Positions 35,867 to 45,664 are shown, numbered from the stretch's first letter. The stretch is 62,417 nt of DNA from Candidatus Yanofskybacteria bacterium (GCA_903897805.1 CAIUCV010000022.1:1-62417); one strand, 5' to 3'. The notes: generated by a model not told the origin, from the letters alone. A program made the numbers and translations.

Positions 35867-36012
35867 TGCGGGTAGGAGGACTTGCCTACAATTTGAGCCG
35901 CCTTCCGGCGGCTCATCGCAGGCCGCTCCTCGCGGTTTGGTTCGCCCATTGCTCACCAAACATCGCTATGGCCTTCTCGCCCTCACGTGAGCAAATAAAT
36001 TTGCTCACTCCT
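35867..36012 (-). other. tRNA-linked structured element ending in a degenerate tRNA 3'-end-like module
   Basis: Hairpins at 35987-36008 and 35895-35914 (GGAA loop). Block 35941-35978 resembles 23052-23089. Ends ...CAAGTCCTCCTACCCGCA on the tRNA strand. Confidence 0.5.
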
Positions 36013-36099
36013 TGGTGCCCTCGGGAGGGCTCGAACCTCCAATCCCTTGCGAGAACAGCGTCCTAAGCGCTGCGCGTATCCCAATTCCGCCACGAGGGC
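36013..36099 (-). tRNA. tRNA-Leu (anticodon UAG)
   Basis: Type II tRNA with a long variable arm. Anticodon stem CAGCG/CGCTG, loop CTTAGGA. CCA is encoded. Confidence 0.9.
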
Positions 36100-36100
36100 C

Positions 36101-36673
36101 TCATATTTTCTCGTACAAATATGCGGTTATTCTACCTATTTTTTCGGATTTTAGCAATTTGAATCCTGGATGCTTGGCAATATCAATCGGGAAACTCGGG
36201 CATAAAATTTTGGTTCCTACTTGGCACTCGCCGGCAATTTTATAAGCCAATTTATCAACCAGTTTCGGAAAAAGATACATATAGATGAAATTGGCGCCCG
36301 ACAAATTATCCTTGAAAAAGTTTTTCCTGCGAACATCGATACGGCCGTCTAGGCAGGAGCGTTTGATTAAAAATTTGGATTTTAAATAAGGCCATAGTGC
36401 AACTTCGTAACCAATTGCCTTTTGGACTCGGAAGTTTTTTGCCGCCGAGATTAAAATACGTCCGTCGCCCGAACCGAGATCATAAAAGACATCACCCGCC
36501 GACAACCCACCGAAAAATAGTAAATCTTTTGTCAGTTTTTTTCTGATAGGCACATACGGGGCGCCGTGAATGGAAGAAATGAGGCCTGAAACAAGAATTA
36601 AAATAACCGCAATAGTAATCGCAAATTCAGCAGCTAACAAAATTAGTAGTGAGATCTGTTCAACTATGTACAT
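36101..36673 (-). CDS. membrane-anchored class I SAM-dependent methyltransferase
   Basis: N-terminal TM helix and FYDLGSGDGRILISAAK motif. Confidence 0.75.
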   Translation of the reverse strand: MYIVEQISLLILLAAEFAITIAVILILVSGLISSIHGAPYVPIRKKLTKDLLFFGGLSAGDVFYDLGSGDGRILISAAKNFRVQKAIGYEVALWPYLKSKFLIKRSCLDGRIDVRRKNFFKDNLSGANFIYMYLFPKLVDKLAYKIAGECQVGTKILCPSFPIDIAKHPGFKLLKSEKIGRITAYLYEKI

Positions 36674-36696
36674 ATCTCCACTTTAAAGGACGGGCG

Positions 36697-36744
36697 AAAT
36701 AATCACAAACCCCCCGCAAGCTTGCGGGGGGTTTGTGATTATTT
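36697..36744. terminator. perfect 48-nt palindrome terminator
   Basis: AAATAATCACAAACCCCCCGCAAG/CTTGCGGGGGGTTTGTGATTATTT, 24 bp paired, downstream of the pilin gene. Confidence 0.8.
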
Positions 36745-36757
36745 GGTACAAAATAGT

Positions 36758-37123
36758 TTACTGACCGGCGCCAAAGAAAGTTCTTGTTACTAATGCCGCT
36801 GTCGTCCTCAATATTACACCTACACCCAATACAACCGCTGCCCCGATAACGCCATTTACTATATGGTCTTTCGCTTTCGTAGCCTTCGCAGCGTCGCCTC
36901 TGGCGGCCATATAACTGACTCCGCCCCAAATTATGTATATGACGGCAATAACAATACCCACAATAATCAGCCAATTGGCAACGGTTTCAATCAACTGCTG
37001 AATTTTGGTCAGGGTTAACTCTGTCCCCACCGGCAAATTAACGTCCGCAAAAGCCAAAATCGGCAAGGAAACCAAGGCCGCCGGAACCGCTAACCTCCGT
37101 ACCCATGTTTTTAATTTCTCCAT
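36758..37123 (-). CDS. VirB2/TrbC-like (T4SS-type) pilin
   Basis: Signal peptide ...LPILAFA, then two hydrophobic helices separated by ARGDAAKATKAKD. SD AAGGAGG. Confidence 0.65.
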   Translation of the reverse strand: MEKLKTWVRRLAVPAALVSLPILAFADVNLPVGTELTLTKIQQLIETVANWLIIVGIVIAVIYIIWGGVSYMAARGDAAKATKAKDHIVNGVIGAAVVLGVGVILRTTAALVTRTFFGAGQ

Positions 37124-37219
37124 AAAACACCTCCTTCTTTTTTGGCAAAAGAACGAACCTAGGATAACGCTTAAGCTAGATTCTATCCTTGCTTCGCTCT
37201 TGCACCATTATTAATTTTA

Positions 37220-37930
37220 TTAGCACACCAAAGGAATCAACGAAAAATCAGTCCTGCCCACGGCGTGCGCGACTGTCGCTATTATAACATACACCGCCAT
37301 TATTACTAAAATGCCTATCAACACATGCTGAAAATTTTTGACGGCTGTCTGATAAGCGGTTGGGTTGCCCCGGGCGTTCATAAACCTCAGTCCAGCTATA
37401 ACCAGAAAAATGACCATAATGGCCGTGGCAATACGGGTTAGCCAACAGGCAAGACCATTGATAATATTTGCAACATCTTGAATTGAAAGGTCTATGCCCA
37501 TCCAGTTGCTCCCACTGCCAGCGGGAACCATGCTTACAGACGGGGATGGGGTAACACTTACGGATGGGGTAGCGCTCACGGTAGCAGCTACTTCGCATAT
37601 ACCTCTCGTACCGCACGTCAAGCCACTTTTACAGTTACTGCTACTGGCGCACAAATCACCGGCATTATTGCCACTGGGCAGAGTGCAAATGCCTCCGGTG
37701 CATGCTTCGTTTAGTTGACTATCGCAATGATCAGCGCTAACGCACTCAACGCATTTACCGCTGCTATCGCAAAAAAACGGGTACTGGCAAGCGGCAACTC
37801 CTGTGCCGCACGCCTCGCCAAAACCGGCCTCAACCGGCAGGGCGGCCCTAACCGTCTTAAAACCAAAAACAGAAGCGGCGACTACGAGAAACAGGATTAA
37901 TCCAAATTTCAGGAGGGTTTTTGTTAGCAT
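37220..37930 (-). CDS. secreted Cys-rich protein with a C-terminal T4SS-pilin-like domain
   Basis: Signal peptide, about 18 Cys in 90 aa, a Ser/Thr/Val linker, then WLTRIATAIMVIFLVIAGLRFMNARGNPTAYQ...LIGILVIMAVYVII. Confidence 0.65.
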   Translation of the reverse strand: MLTKTLLKFGLILFLVVAASVFGFKTVRAALPVEAGFGEACGTGVAACQYPFFCDSSGKCVECVSADHCDSQLNEACTGGICTLPSGNNAGDLCASSSNCKSGLTCGTRGICEVAATVSATPSVSVTPSPSVSMVPAGSGSNWMGIDLSIQDVANIINGLACWLTRIATAIMVIFLVIAGLRFMNARGNPTAYQTAVKNFQHVLIGILVIMAVYVIIATVAHAVGRTDFSLIPLVC

Positions 37931-37937
37931 AATAAAA

Positions 37938-38879
37938 TTATTTATTCCTTAAAGACAAAATGCTTTGTATTAAAGTAACAAAGCCCTTGCCAATAAGCAC
38001 AATCGCAAGGCCGATTACCGCGTACCAAAGGGCCTTTGCGCCTTTTTGAAATTTGGCAGGAACGCCGCCCGCGGTCAACATCAGCACTCCGGCATAGATG
38101 ATTATAATCACCGCAATTGGAATGGCCAGATTAAAAATCCAGACACCGATGATATTGATGAGGTCTTGGAAATTCGTTACGCCAATCGGATTTGGAAGAT
38201 TAAAGACGTTGGTGCCGGAGGAAGGAGTACTGGGGGTAGGAGTGGGGGTAGTAGCAACACAAACGCTCCCCGTCCATCTGCAAGCCGGACTAAGGTTACA
38301 CCTGTTTCCGGTACAATCATTCTGCACCGGATAATTAGAACAGCTGGTGATTTTACTACAGTCGGGGTTAATCGTAGTTGCTCTTGTTTGTATGTTGAAC
38401 TCTGGTGATGACCAGGTCTGGCCTTGAGTGCCCAACGTGCCAAGCAGTAAATCGAGGCTTCCTTTGTCCGTCCCTTGCGAAGACGTCCAGCAATAAAAAA
38501 CTCCGACATATCGGTTATTCTGCTGGTCTACACCGGAATTAAAAGTATATTGGATGTTCTGCCCGGAACCGGCAGACAAGTATTCGTAATCAGTTGCACT
38601 ACCGGCAATGTAATGCCTAACCGCATAAAAAAGCTGTCGGCTTCCATTGCAATCCGGTGGGTCGAATGTATCTTTTTTATCAACCGAGAAGCCTAGGTTA
38701 ACTGTTTGAGCCGGATTAATACCCGTGGCTCCATCGGCCAAATCATCACTCACATTAGTACACACCGTGCCACCATTGAAACTGCAGCTCTCTCTCGAAT
38801 TAGTAGCAAAAGCTTCTTGTCCCCAATACAAAACCGACAACATGAATACAACGATTAAAATTTTATAAATCTTTCTCAT
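37938..38879 (-). CDS. secreted Cys-containing protein with a C-terminal T4SS-pilin-like domain
   Basis: Signal peptide, TPTPTPSTP linker, then WIFNLAIPIAVIIIIYAGVLMLTAGGVPAKFQKGAKALWYAVIGLAIVLIG. Confidence 0.65.
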   Translation of the reverse strand: MRKIYKILIVVFMLSVLYWGQEAFATNSRESCSFNGGTVCTNVSDDLADGATGINPAQTVNLGFSVDKKDTFDPPDCNGSRQLFYAVRHYIAGSATDYEYLSAGSGQNIQYTFNSGVDQQNNRYVGVFYCWTSSQGTDKGSLDLLLGTLGTQGQTWSSPEFNIQTRATTINPDCSKITSCSNYPVQNDCTGNRCNLSPACRWTGSVCVATTPTPTPSTPSSGTNVFNLPNPIGVTNFQDLINIIGVWIFNLAIPIAVIIIIYAGVLMLTAGGVPAKFQKGAKALWYAVIGLAIVLIGKGFVTLIQSILSLRNK

Positions 38880-39559
38880 TGACTAATGGGCGGGACAGGC
38901 GGAACCTCAATAGGAACCTCTGGCGGCAAGGTTCCCCCGCCTGATTTCCTTTTTCTAATTATAGCCCAAACTACCCAAATAACAACTATTAATACTGCGG
39001 CCCCCGCAAAAATCAATATCAATTTTAAGCTTGAAATTCCTGCCGACGGTGTAACGCTTGGTACGGGCGTTGGCGTTGCCGGCTTCGGGCAGTCGTTCGG
39101 GCAATTTTGATAATTTTCCCCCACATCAGAATTACAAGTACCGTCGTCGTTGCAGAAAGAACTACCACTGACATCCAGAGCCAGGAGCAACAGATTCTTG
39201 TCGTCGTAAAAATTAACCTTGGCCGCATCGGCAAAATAGGGAGCGTCAACTGCGACTCCGCCTTTTTTGAAAGCCAGGTTGCCTTTTTGCGGGTCAAATT
39301 GGAACGAATACAGAACTTCATTTATGACCGAGACAACCTCCCCCCTGAAAGGATTCGCAATGGAAATGACTTCGGGGATAAAATTATCCGAAACTATGTC
39401 ATATTTGAACTTAAAATCCCTGTTAGCAAGAAGCTGGCCATTATCGTAATAAAGGTGGAATCTGTAGATGAACTTGTCCTGCCGGGAAACCGTGTCGGCC
39501 AAAGCAAAAACACCAATTCCCCAAATTACCAACCCCAATAAAATTATTTTTTTAATCAT
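38876..39559 (-). CDS. type I membrane protein, hypothetical
   Basis: Signal peptide, Cys-rich patch CNDDGTCNSDVGENYQNCPNDC, C-terminal TM helix and a Pro-rich tail. 4-nt overlap with the downstream gene. Confidence 0.55.
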   Translation of the reverse strand: MIKKIILLGLVIWGIGVFALADTVSRQDKFIYRFHLYYDNGQLLANRDFKFKYDIVSDNFIPEVISIANPFRGEVVSVINEVLYSFQFDPQKGNLAFKKGGVAVDAPYFADAAKVNFYDDKNLLLLALDVSGSSFCNDDGTCNSDVGENYQNCPNDCPKPATPTPVPSVTPSAGISSLKLILIFAGAAVLIVVIWVVWAIIRKRKSGGGTLPPEVPIEVPPVPPISQ

Positions 39560-39572
39560 TTTGGTAATAGGC

Positions 39573-41081
39573 CTAGAACCCCGGATGTTCTACGCAATAA
39601 AGCTTGCTAACCACCGAATACCTGGTCTCATTATACCCGGAGGCCGGACCAATTACAGTATCGGTGCCATTACAAGTGGTGTGCGCCGGATTATCATACA
39701 AACATTCCCATTTTCTGACGGCGCTACCATCGCAGCTTGTCTCGCTGGCACAATCTTGGCTTGTCTGGCACGCGGTTGTCCCGCCGCTATAACCGGCTAA
39801 AATATTCCGGGGGGAATTTCCGCAACCGCCATCCGCTAATGACTTATAAAAATAGGCAGCGATACAAATAACTTTACTAGAATTAGCCGAATTAGTAAGC
39901 CAAGACGAGGTAATTGTTTCCGTTACGCCGCAATAGCTTTTAAAAGCGTTGGCAGTGCCGGGCTGCATTTGCATCAAACCCCAAGAATCACCGGAGCCAT
40001 AATAGGGAGGGTTAGTTTGGCAACCGGACTCCTTATACATAGTGGCTTTTAGTAGATTGATTGAAATGCCGGTCTTATTGGCCGCATCTTGAAGCGCCGG
40101 CAAAAACTGGCTGCAAGCGGAAACGCCGCAAACGGGGGCGCTATCGGGCACCAAGGTACCGCCGCTTAATTTTAACGACTGGCCTTGGCACAAGTTAATC
40201 CCGCTAAACAAGCAGGCTGTACCGGAGGGCGTCGGAGTTGGAGTAGGGGTTGGCGTAGGCGTGGGTGTTAAGTTTGTCGCCACGACTTTTATGCTCAATT
40301 GCTTTGTCGCCGATTGCTTGGTTGGAGTGGTGGAGTCTTCGACTTTTACAGTAAATGTATAAGTGCCTGCTGTGGTCGGGGTTCCGGTGATTGTACCAAA
40401 TTGCCCTAATGACAAACCGGGAGGCAAGGAATCGGCGGTGGAAAAAATTTCAGGGAAGGCCCCTCCGGTAACAATAATTTGCTGGGCGTATGGTGTATTT
40501 AAAACGGCGTCGGGCAGCGAACTTGTGACAAAACTCAGTATTTTGCCGCACTCATTGCCACAGTCCGAAACGAGATATGATCCGTTTTGATCAGCCACGC
40601 ATTGATTTGAGGTATTGCAAGCATATTTTGTTACGGTAACAGGTGGTTGTTGGACAACGCCTGTGCATTCTATTCGGAACCAGTTATTTGAGATATCGCT
40701 GTCGCCGACAAGAGATTTAAGCACCGTATTGGTTATCATCCAAGCACCGAAAATTATAAAAAGTCCTATCGTTGTATTCCAGAAAAAATTCTTACCAGTA
40801 GTAACGAGACCTGGCTTGGCACCGCCTAAAAGAATCATGAGGCCGCCTATCAGATAAAAAAGCACCGCAACCGCCGGTACAACGGTGAAAAGAACAAAAT
40901 TAAGGACATTGCTTGCAAGGGCAAAGATATCGCAGGTGGTGCAGGCCTTCATTTCTGCGGGAGTTCCGCTTGAACGGCCGCACGGCACAAGACCCGCGGC
41001 ATTAACGGTTGGGTAAATTAAAAATAGCCCCACGAGGACGAGCAGGAACACAAGAAAAATTTTGGAAAAACGGTTAGGCAT
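39573..41081 (-). CDS. T4SS-pilin-like domain fused to an Ig-like domain and a lytic transglycosylase (SLT)
   Basis: N-terminal pilin-type double helix (LIGGLMILLGGAKPG...), LPPGLSLGQFGTITGTPTTAGTYTFTV Ig-like motif, (TP)n linker, and SLT motifs YKESG...GLMQM. Confidence 0.7.
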   Translation of the reverse strand: MPNRFSKIFLVFLLVLVGLFLIYPTVNAAGLVPCGRSSGTPAEMKACTTCDIFALASNVLNFVLFTVVPAVAVLFYLIGGLMILLGGAKPGLVTTGKNFFWNTTIGLFIIFGAWMITNTVLKSLVGDSDISNNWFRIECTGVVQQPPVTVTKYACNTSNQCVADQNGSYLVSDCGNECGKILSFVTSSLPDAVLNTPYAQQIIVTGGAFPEIFSTADSLPPGLSLGQFGTITGTPTTAGTYTFTVKVEDSTTPTKQSATKQLSIKVVATNLTPTPTPTPTPTPTPSGTACLFSGINLCQGQSLKLSGGTLVPDSAPVCGVSACSQFLPALQDAANKTGISINLLKATMYKESGCQTNPPYYGSGDSWGLMQMQPGTANAFKSYCGVTETITSSWLTNSANSSKVICIAAYFYKSLADGGCGNSPRNILAGYSGGTTACQTSQDCASETSCDGSAVRKWECLYDNPAHTTCNGTDTVIGPASGYNETRYSVVSKLYCVEHPGF

Positions 41082-41093
41082 TATTTGCCAAAC

Positions 41094-42422
41094 TCAGAAA
41101 CTGCCTCCTTGGGCACGAGTCATTAAGACATTGACCTCGCTCTCCACGGCCTCAAGCGCGTCACGCGCCGACATGCGGCCAAAATTGACATTATCAATCA
41201 TCTCCGCAAAAATCGTTTCTATCGCGGAATTGTCAATTTGATACCACGACCTTGCGGATAACGCCTGAACTGCAAAAACTCCGAGGTCGGGATCGATTTT
41301 TTGCTGCTCTATCAGATCGCGCCGCGCCGACGGGCGGTCAGAGGCATTAACATACGATGTTGCCCCTTGCGTTGAACTTAGATAAACCAAAAATTTCCAG
41401 GCGACTACCGGATTTGCGGATTGCTTAGACACGGTTGGAGCCCAGTAATTGGCGAAGTTCACGGCCACTGGCGTCCCTGTGATTTGCGGAACCGGCGCGA
41501 TGCCGAAATTAAACCGGGCTGATTTTGAACGCAATGTTGCAATTTGGTGGGAATAATTAAACATCATCGCCACATTGCCCTCGGTAAAAGCGTCTATGGA
41601 ATAGTGCTGCTGGCCATTCCAAGTGTAAACACTCTTGGCAGGGTCTGCAAAGCTCGTGTAATACTGGAGGGCCGTTTCGCCTACATTTTGCCCCCCAACC
41701 TGCTGGCTGAAAGTGGCGCTTCTGTGTGCGCTATCGGTCATCTGGACTCCGCTTTGGAGCATTAAAAGCATCAAAATATCCGTTGAGCGATTAATATTCT
41801 CGGCCGTGCCAATGGCGGCTCCCGATTTTACTATGTTCCCTCGCTGGTCAATCGTCGTAAGTTTTTTTACATCGTTGTTGAATTCGTCCCATGTCGCCGG
41901 CGGACTGGCAATGCCAGCGGTATTAAAAAGGTCTTTGTTGTAATAAAGGCCGAGGGTGTCAACATAGATCGGCAGAGCGTAGATTTGGCTATTCTGCGTT
42001 AAATCAGCCAGAGTAACATCCAAAAACTGGTCCTGAAAATCTTTTATGGTAAAGAGGGGATTCTTTTCTCCTTTCAGAACCTCCTGTGGTAACGGCTGAA
42101 TTTTGTCGGCATGTTTGGGGAGCCACGTATTGTGCATCAGCCAAATATCCGGTCCGGTGCCCGCGGCAAAGGAATTCACAAGTTCTTTTTCGTAGTCCTC
42201 AAAGGGAAACGACTTATAGATAATTTTAACGTTGGGGTAAACTTTTTGAAACGCCGAAATCGCGGAATTATAAAAACTAAGGTCATCAAAAGTGCCCCAA
42301 AATTGCAAAGTCACCTGCTGCTGCACGCCGCCTCCAAAACTCCCCAAAACCAGAAATAAAAGCAATACAACTACGGCAAGACCGGTAACACCGCCGATTA
42401 TTAAAAGTTTAGTTTGAGACAT
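41094..42422 (-). CDS. extracellular solute-binding protein (ABC family 1), orphan
   Basis: N-terminal anchor and typical SBP_bac_1 length and pattern. No permease or ATPase genes nearby. Confidence 0.7.
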   Translation of the reverse strand: MSQTKLLIIGGVTGLAVVVLLLFLVLGSFGGGVQQQVTLQFWGTFDDLSFYNSAISAFQKVYPNVKIIYKSFPFEDYEKELVNSFAAGTGPDIWLMHNTWLPKHADKIQPLPQEVLKGEKNPLFTIKDFQDQFLDVTLADLTQNSQIYALPIYVDTLGLYYNKDLFNTAGIASPPATWDEFNNDVKKLTTIDQRGNIVKSGAAIGTAENINRSTDILMLLMLQSGVQMTDSAHRSATFSQQVGGQNVGETALQYYTSFADPAKSVYTWNGQQHYSIDAFTEGNVAMMFNYSHQIATLRSKSARFNFGIAPVPQITGTPVAVNFANYWAPTVSKQSANPVVAWKFLVYLSSTQGATSYVNASDRPSARRDLIEQQKIDPDLGVFAVQALSARSWYQIDNSAIETIFAEMIDNVNFGRMSARDALEAVESEVNVLMTRAQGGSF

Positions 42423-42426
42423 TTGA

Positions 42427-42981
42427 CTAGATCTTCTTGAATATTAATCCAAAGTGATAGTTCCCGGCATCAATTTCACTGGCGAACTGAAAGTCGTTAC
42501 CAACAAGCTGGCGTATCTCTTCAGGGCTTGTCCTCAAATTATCGGGAGGGCCAAACCCGCTGTTCCCCTTTTGCCAATCAATGACGACAAGAGTTCCGTT
42601 GGGCTTCAGGACTCTCTTTGCTTCGGCGACGATCGGGGCTTTGTTTGTATTCTGAAAGAGAATGTTAGCCAGTAAAACCATGTCCTGCGAATCGTTGCCC
42701 AATCCTGAACCGCCCGGGATTTCCAGATTAGACCTGATGGTTTCTATGTTTCTTAATCCCTCGGCCTTGGCTTTTGCCCGCAGGGTTTCAAGCGCCGAAT
42801 CCATAACATCAATCGCGGAAACCGTACCGTTTTCGCCCACTATTTTTCCAAGAATAATTGCGAAATAACCGGCACCGGAACCAAAGTCGGCAATTTTCAT
42901 TCCCGGCGTAACCCCAAAATAGCCCGCAATTCTTTGGGGATCCATAAACCCCCCGCTTCCGGGAACGGGAGGAGAAAACAC
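42427..42981 (-). CDS. class I SAM-dependent methyltransferase
   Basis: IADFGSGAGYFAIILG motif. The ORF starts at GTG; an internal ATG at 42945 is an alternative. Confidence 0.75.
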   Translation of the reverse strand: MFSPPVPGSGGFMDPQRIAGYFGVTPGMKIADFGSGAGYFAIILGKIVGENGTVSAIDVMDSALETLRAKAKAEGLRNIETIRSNLEIPGGSGLGNDSQDMVLLANILFQNTNKAPIVAEAKRVLKPNGTLVVIDWQKGNSGFGPPDNLRTSPEEIRQLVGNDFQFASEIDAGNYHFGLIFKKI

Positions 42982-43143
42982 AGTTGTATTTAGTTGGGCT
43001 TCTATGTCTTTATTCTACCACCGGCAAAATTAAACAAAAAGCCGCGTTGTGAACAACGCGTCCGCGACAATCGCTTTACGCGGACTTCAAGATCTAACCT
43101 TGAGCGGTTGAGTATAGAGTTAGAAAAGGAGGAGGGCGAGTGA

Positions 43144-45582
43144 CTACACCACGACTACCGATGCCACCGTATCCCCTGTCTCCATTTTCATTATGCGAAC
43201 GCCTTGAGTGGCGCGGCCGAGTACCGAGATGCTCCCTAATTCCATACGAATTACTTGCCCCTTGCGAGAGATAGCTATTACTTCTTTATTTTCTTCGCTT
43301 GTAACATGAGCTGACACAAGATTTCCGGTCTTGCTGGTAATTTTGGCGGTCAATATTCCTTTCCCGCCGCGTTTTTGGACTTTGTAAGCGGAAAGGTCGG
43401 TTCTCTTGCCGTAACCATTGGCCATAACTGCAAGAAGTCGTAATCCATTTCCTCCTTTAGACGGGATGACTTCCGCTCCAACGATTTTAGCCCCGGCGTC
43501 TAGGCGCATGCCAATGACGCCACCGGCGCCTCTTCCCATAGGACGGACATCTTTCTCCTTGAACCTGACAGCCGAACCGTCAGAGGTAACTAATATCATC
43601 TCATCGGAGCCGGAGCTTATCTTAACCCACTTTAGTTCGTCGTCTTTTTTGAGTTTTATCGCAATCATGCCGTTGCGACGGACTTGCGAGAATTCGGAAA
43701 CGCTGACTTTTTTGATTATACCGTTAGCCGTTGCCATAACCAGATAACCGGTTTTTTCTATCTTTTTAGAAATCGGAACCATCGCTGTTATGCGATCCTG
43801 CGGCGATACCTGCAAGAAGTTGACTATCGCTTTCCCCTTGGCCTGGCGGGTTGATTCCGGAACTTCATATCCCTTGGTCTGAAATATCTTGCCAGAGTTA
43901 GTAAAAAACATCAGCTGGTCGTGAGTATTGGCGACAAAGAATTGGCTCACGGCATCTTCTTCTTTCGTCGCCATACCGACGAGTCCCTTGCCGCCGCGTT
44001 TTTGCGCCTTCAAAACATCGGGCGGCATACGTTTGATATATCCGCCATAAGTCATCATGAATAACGAATCCGCTTCCGGTATGAGCTCTTCCTCGCCTAC
44101 CTCCTGAAGGGCCGATTTAATAATCCTCGTTCGGCGTTCATCCGAATATTTTTCTTTGATTTCTTTAAACTCCTGCTTGACCGCTTCCAGAATTTTCTTG
44201 GGGCGGGCCAACAGATCTTCAAGGCGGGCAATCAGGTCTTTTTTCTCTTTCAGTTCATCTTCTATCTTTTTCCGTTCAAGACCGGCCAATGTTTGAAGGC
44301 GCATTTCAAGTATCGCCGTCGCCTGTTTATCGGAAAATTTGTATTGTTTGATCAGGTTTCTGAAGGCATCTTCTTTTGACTCTGATCTCTTAATAAGTTT
44401 TATAATTTCGTCAATGTGGTCAAGGGCTTTTTTTAATCCCTCAAGAATGTGCGCCCGCTCCTGCGCCTTGCGCAGATCAAACTGCGCCCGCCGGCGCGCT
44501 ACAACCTCGCGGTGCTCAATAAATTTCTCAAGTAACGTTTTTAAATCAAGGATCTGGGGCTGAATGCCGTCAACCAGGGCCAAAGCATTAACATGGAAAG
44601 ATTTTTGAAGTTCGGTGTACCTGAAAAGCTGGTTCAAAACTTTGCGCGGGAAAGCGTCTTGTTTCAGATCAATGGCGATGCGGAGACCGTCCTTGTCCGA
44701 CTCATCGCGGACATCTTTTATCCCGTCCACTTTTTTCTCTTTGACCAAATCGGCAATCTTTATTATCAGCTCCGATTTATTGACCTGATACGGAATTTCG
44801 GAAACTATGATCTGAAATCCTCTTTTCTCCGATTCAACTATCTCGGCTTGGGCCCGCATTATGATCGGCCCCTTGCCGGTGGCATAAGCGTTCAGAATGT
44901 CTTTCTCGTTGTAAATCGTACCGCCGGTCGGGAAGTCCGGCCCTTTGACAAACTGCATCAAGTCGTTAACGTCGGCATCGGGGTTGTCAATCAGATGAAC
45001 CAAGCCGTCCAAAATCTCGCCCAAATTATGGGGTGGAATGTTAGTTGCCATCCCGACCGCAATGCCCATTGAACCGTTGATCAAGAGGCTGGGGATTTTC
45101 GCCGGCAAAACAGTCGGTTCCTGCCTTGAACCGTCATAGTTGTCTCTGAAATCCACGGTTTCCCTTTCTATATCCGAAAGCATTTCTTCCGAAATATCAG
45201 TCAGCCGACACTCCGTGTACCGCATTGCCGCTGGCCGGTCGCCGTCAATTGAACCCCAATTCCCCTGTCCGTCTATAAACGGGTAGCGCAAAGAAAAATC
45301 TTGGGCCATTCTGGCCATTGAATCATAGACGGCAACGTCTCCGTGAGGATGGTAGTTGCCCAAGACCTGGCCGACTACTTTGGCGGACTTTACGAGCTTA
45401 CTATTATGACGAATGCCCATTTCGTGCATGGCGAAAAGTATCCGTCTGTGCACCGGCTTGAGTCCGTCCCGAACGTCCGGCAGGGCGCGCGCAACAATTA
45501 CGCTCATCGCGTAATTAAGATAGGATTCCTGCATCTCCTGCACTATTTCCCGCGGCTTGATTGTACCCGATAAGGTAGCCAT
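43144..45582 (-). CDS. gyrA: DNA gyrase subunit A
   Basis: AAMRYTE active-site Tyr motif, GNYHPHGD, and C-terminal beta-pinwheel repeats. Confidence 0.95.
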   Translation of the reverse strand: MATLSGTIKPREIVQEMQESYLNYAMSVIVARALPDVRDGLKPVHRRILFAMHEMGIRHNSKLVKSAKVVGQVLGNYHPHGDVAVYDSMARMAQDFSLRYPFIDGQGNWGSIDGDRPAAMRYTECRLTDISEEMLSDIERETVDFRDNYDGSRQEPTVLPAKIPSLLINGSMGIAVGMATNIPPHNLGEILDGLVHLIDNPDADVNDLMQFVKGPDFPTGGTIYNEKDILNAYATGKGPIIMRAQAEIVESEKRGFQIIVSEIPYQVNKSELIIKIADLVKEKKVDGIKDVRDESDKDGLRIAIDLKQDAFPRKVLNQLFRYTELQKSFHVNALALVDGIQPQILDLKTLLEKFIEHREVVARRRAQFDLRKAQERAHILEGLKKALDHIDEIIKLIKRSESKEDAFRNLIKQYKFSDKQATAILEMRLQTLAGLERKKIEDELKEKKDLIARLEDLLARPKKILEAVKQEFKEIKEKYSDERRTRIIKSALQEVGEEELIPEADSLFMMTYGGYIKRMPPDVLKAQKRGGKGLVGMATKEEDAVSQFFVANTHDQLMFFTNSGKIFQTKGYEVPESTRQAKGKAIVNFLQVSPQDRITAMVPISKKIEKTGYLVMATANGIIKKVSVSEFSQVRRNGMIAIKLKKDDELKWVKISSGSDEMILVTSDGSAVRFKEKDVRPMGRGAGGVIGMRLDAGAKIVGAEVIPSKGGNGLRLLAVMANGYGKRTDLSAYKVQKRGGKGILTAKITSKTGNLVSAHVTSEENKEVIAISRKGQVIRMELGSISVLGRATQGVRIMKMETGDTVASVVVV

Positions 45583-45590
45583 AAAATAAA

Positions 45591-45662
45591 ATTTTCAATT
45601 CTCAATTCTCAATTTTCAATCAAAACTCCGCTTTGAAAATTGAAAACTAAAAATTGAAAATT
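45591..45662. repeat. AT-rich heptamer repeats arranged as an imperfect palindrome
   Basis: TTTTCAA TTCTCAA TTCTCAA TTTTCAA ... TTGAAAA TTGAAAA CTAAAAA TTGAAAA, directly upstream of the gyrA start. Confidence 0.7.
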
Positions 45663-45664
45663 AC

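Noticed and set aside
45591-45662. Possible CRISPR array or iteron origin at the heptamer repeats.
   Set aside because: The repeat unit is only 7 nt with no spacers, so it is not CRISPR. No DnaA boxes or dnaA gene are in view, so an origin call is unsupported. It is reported only as a structural oddity.
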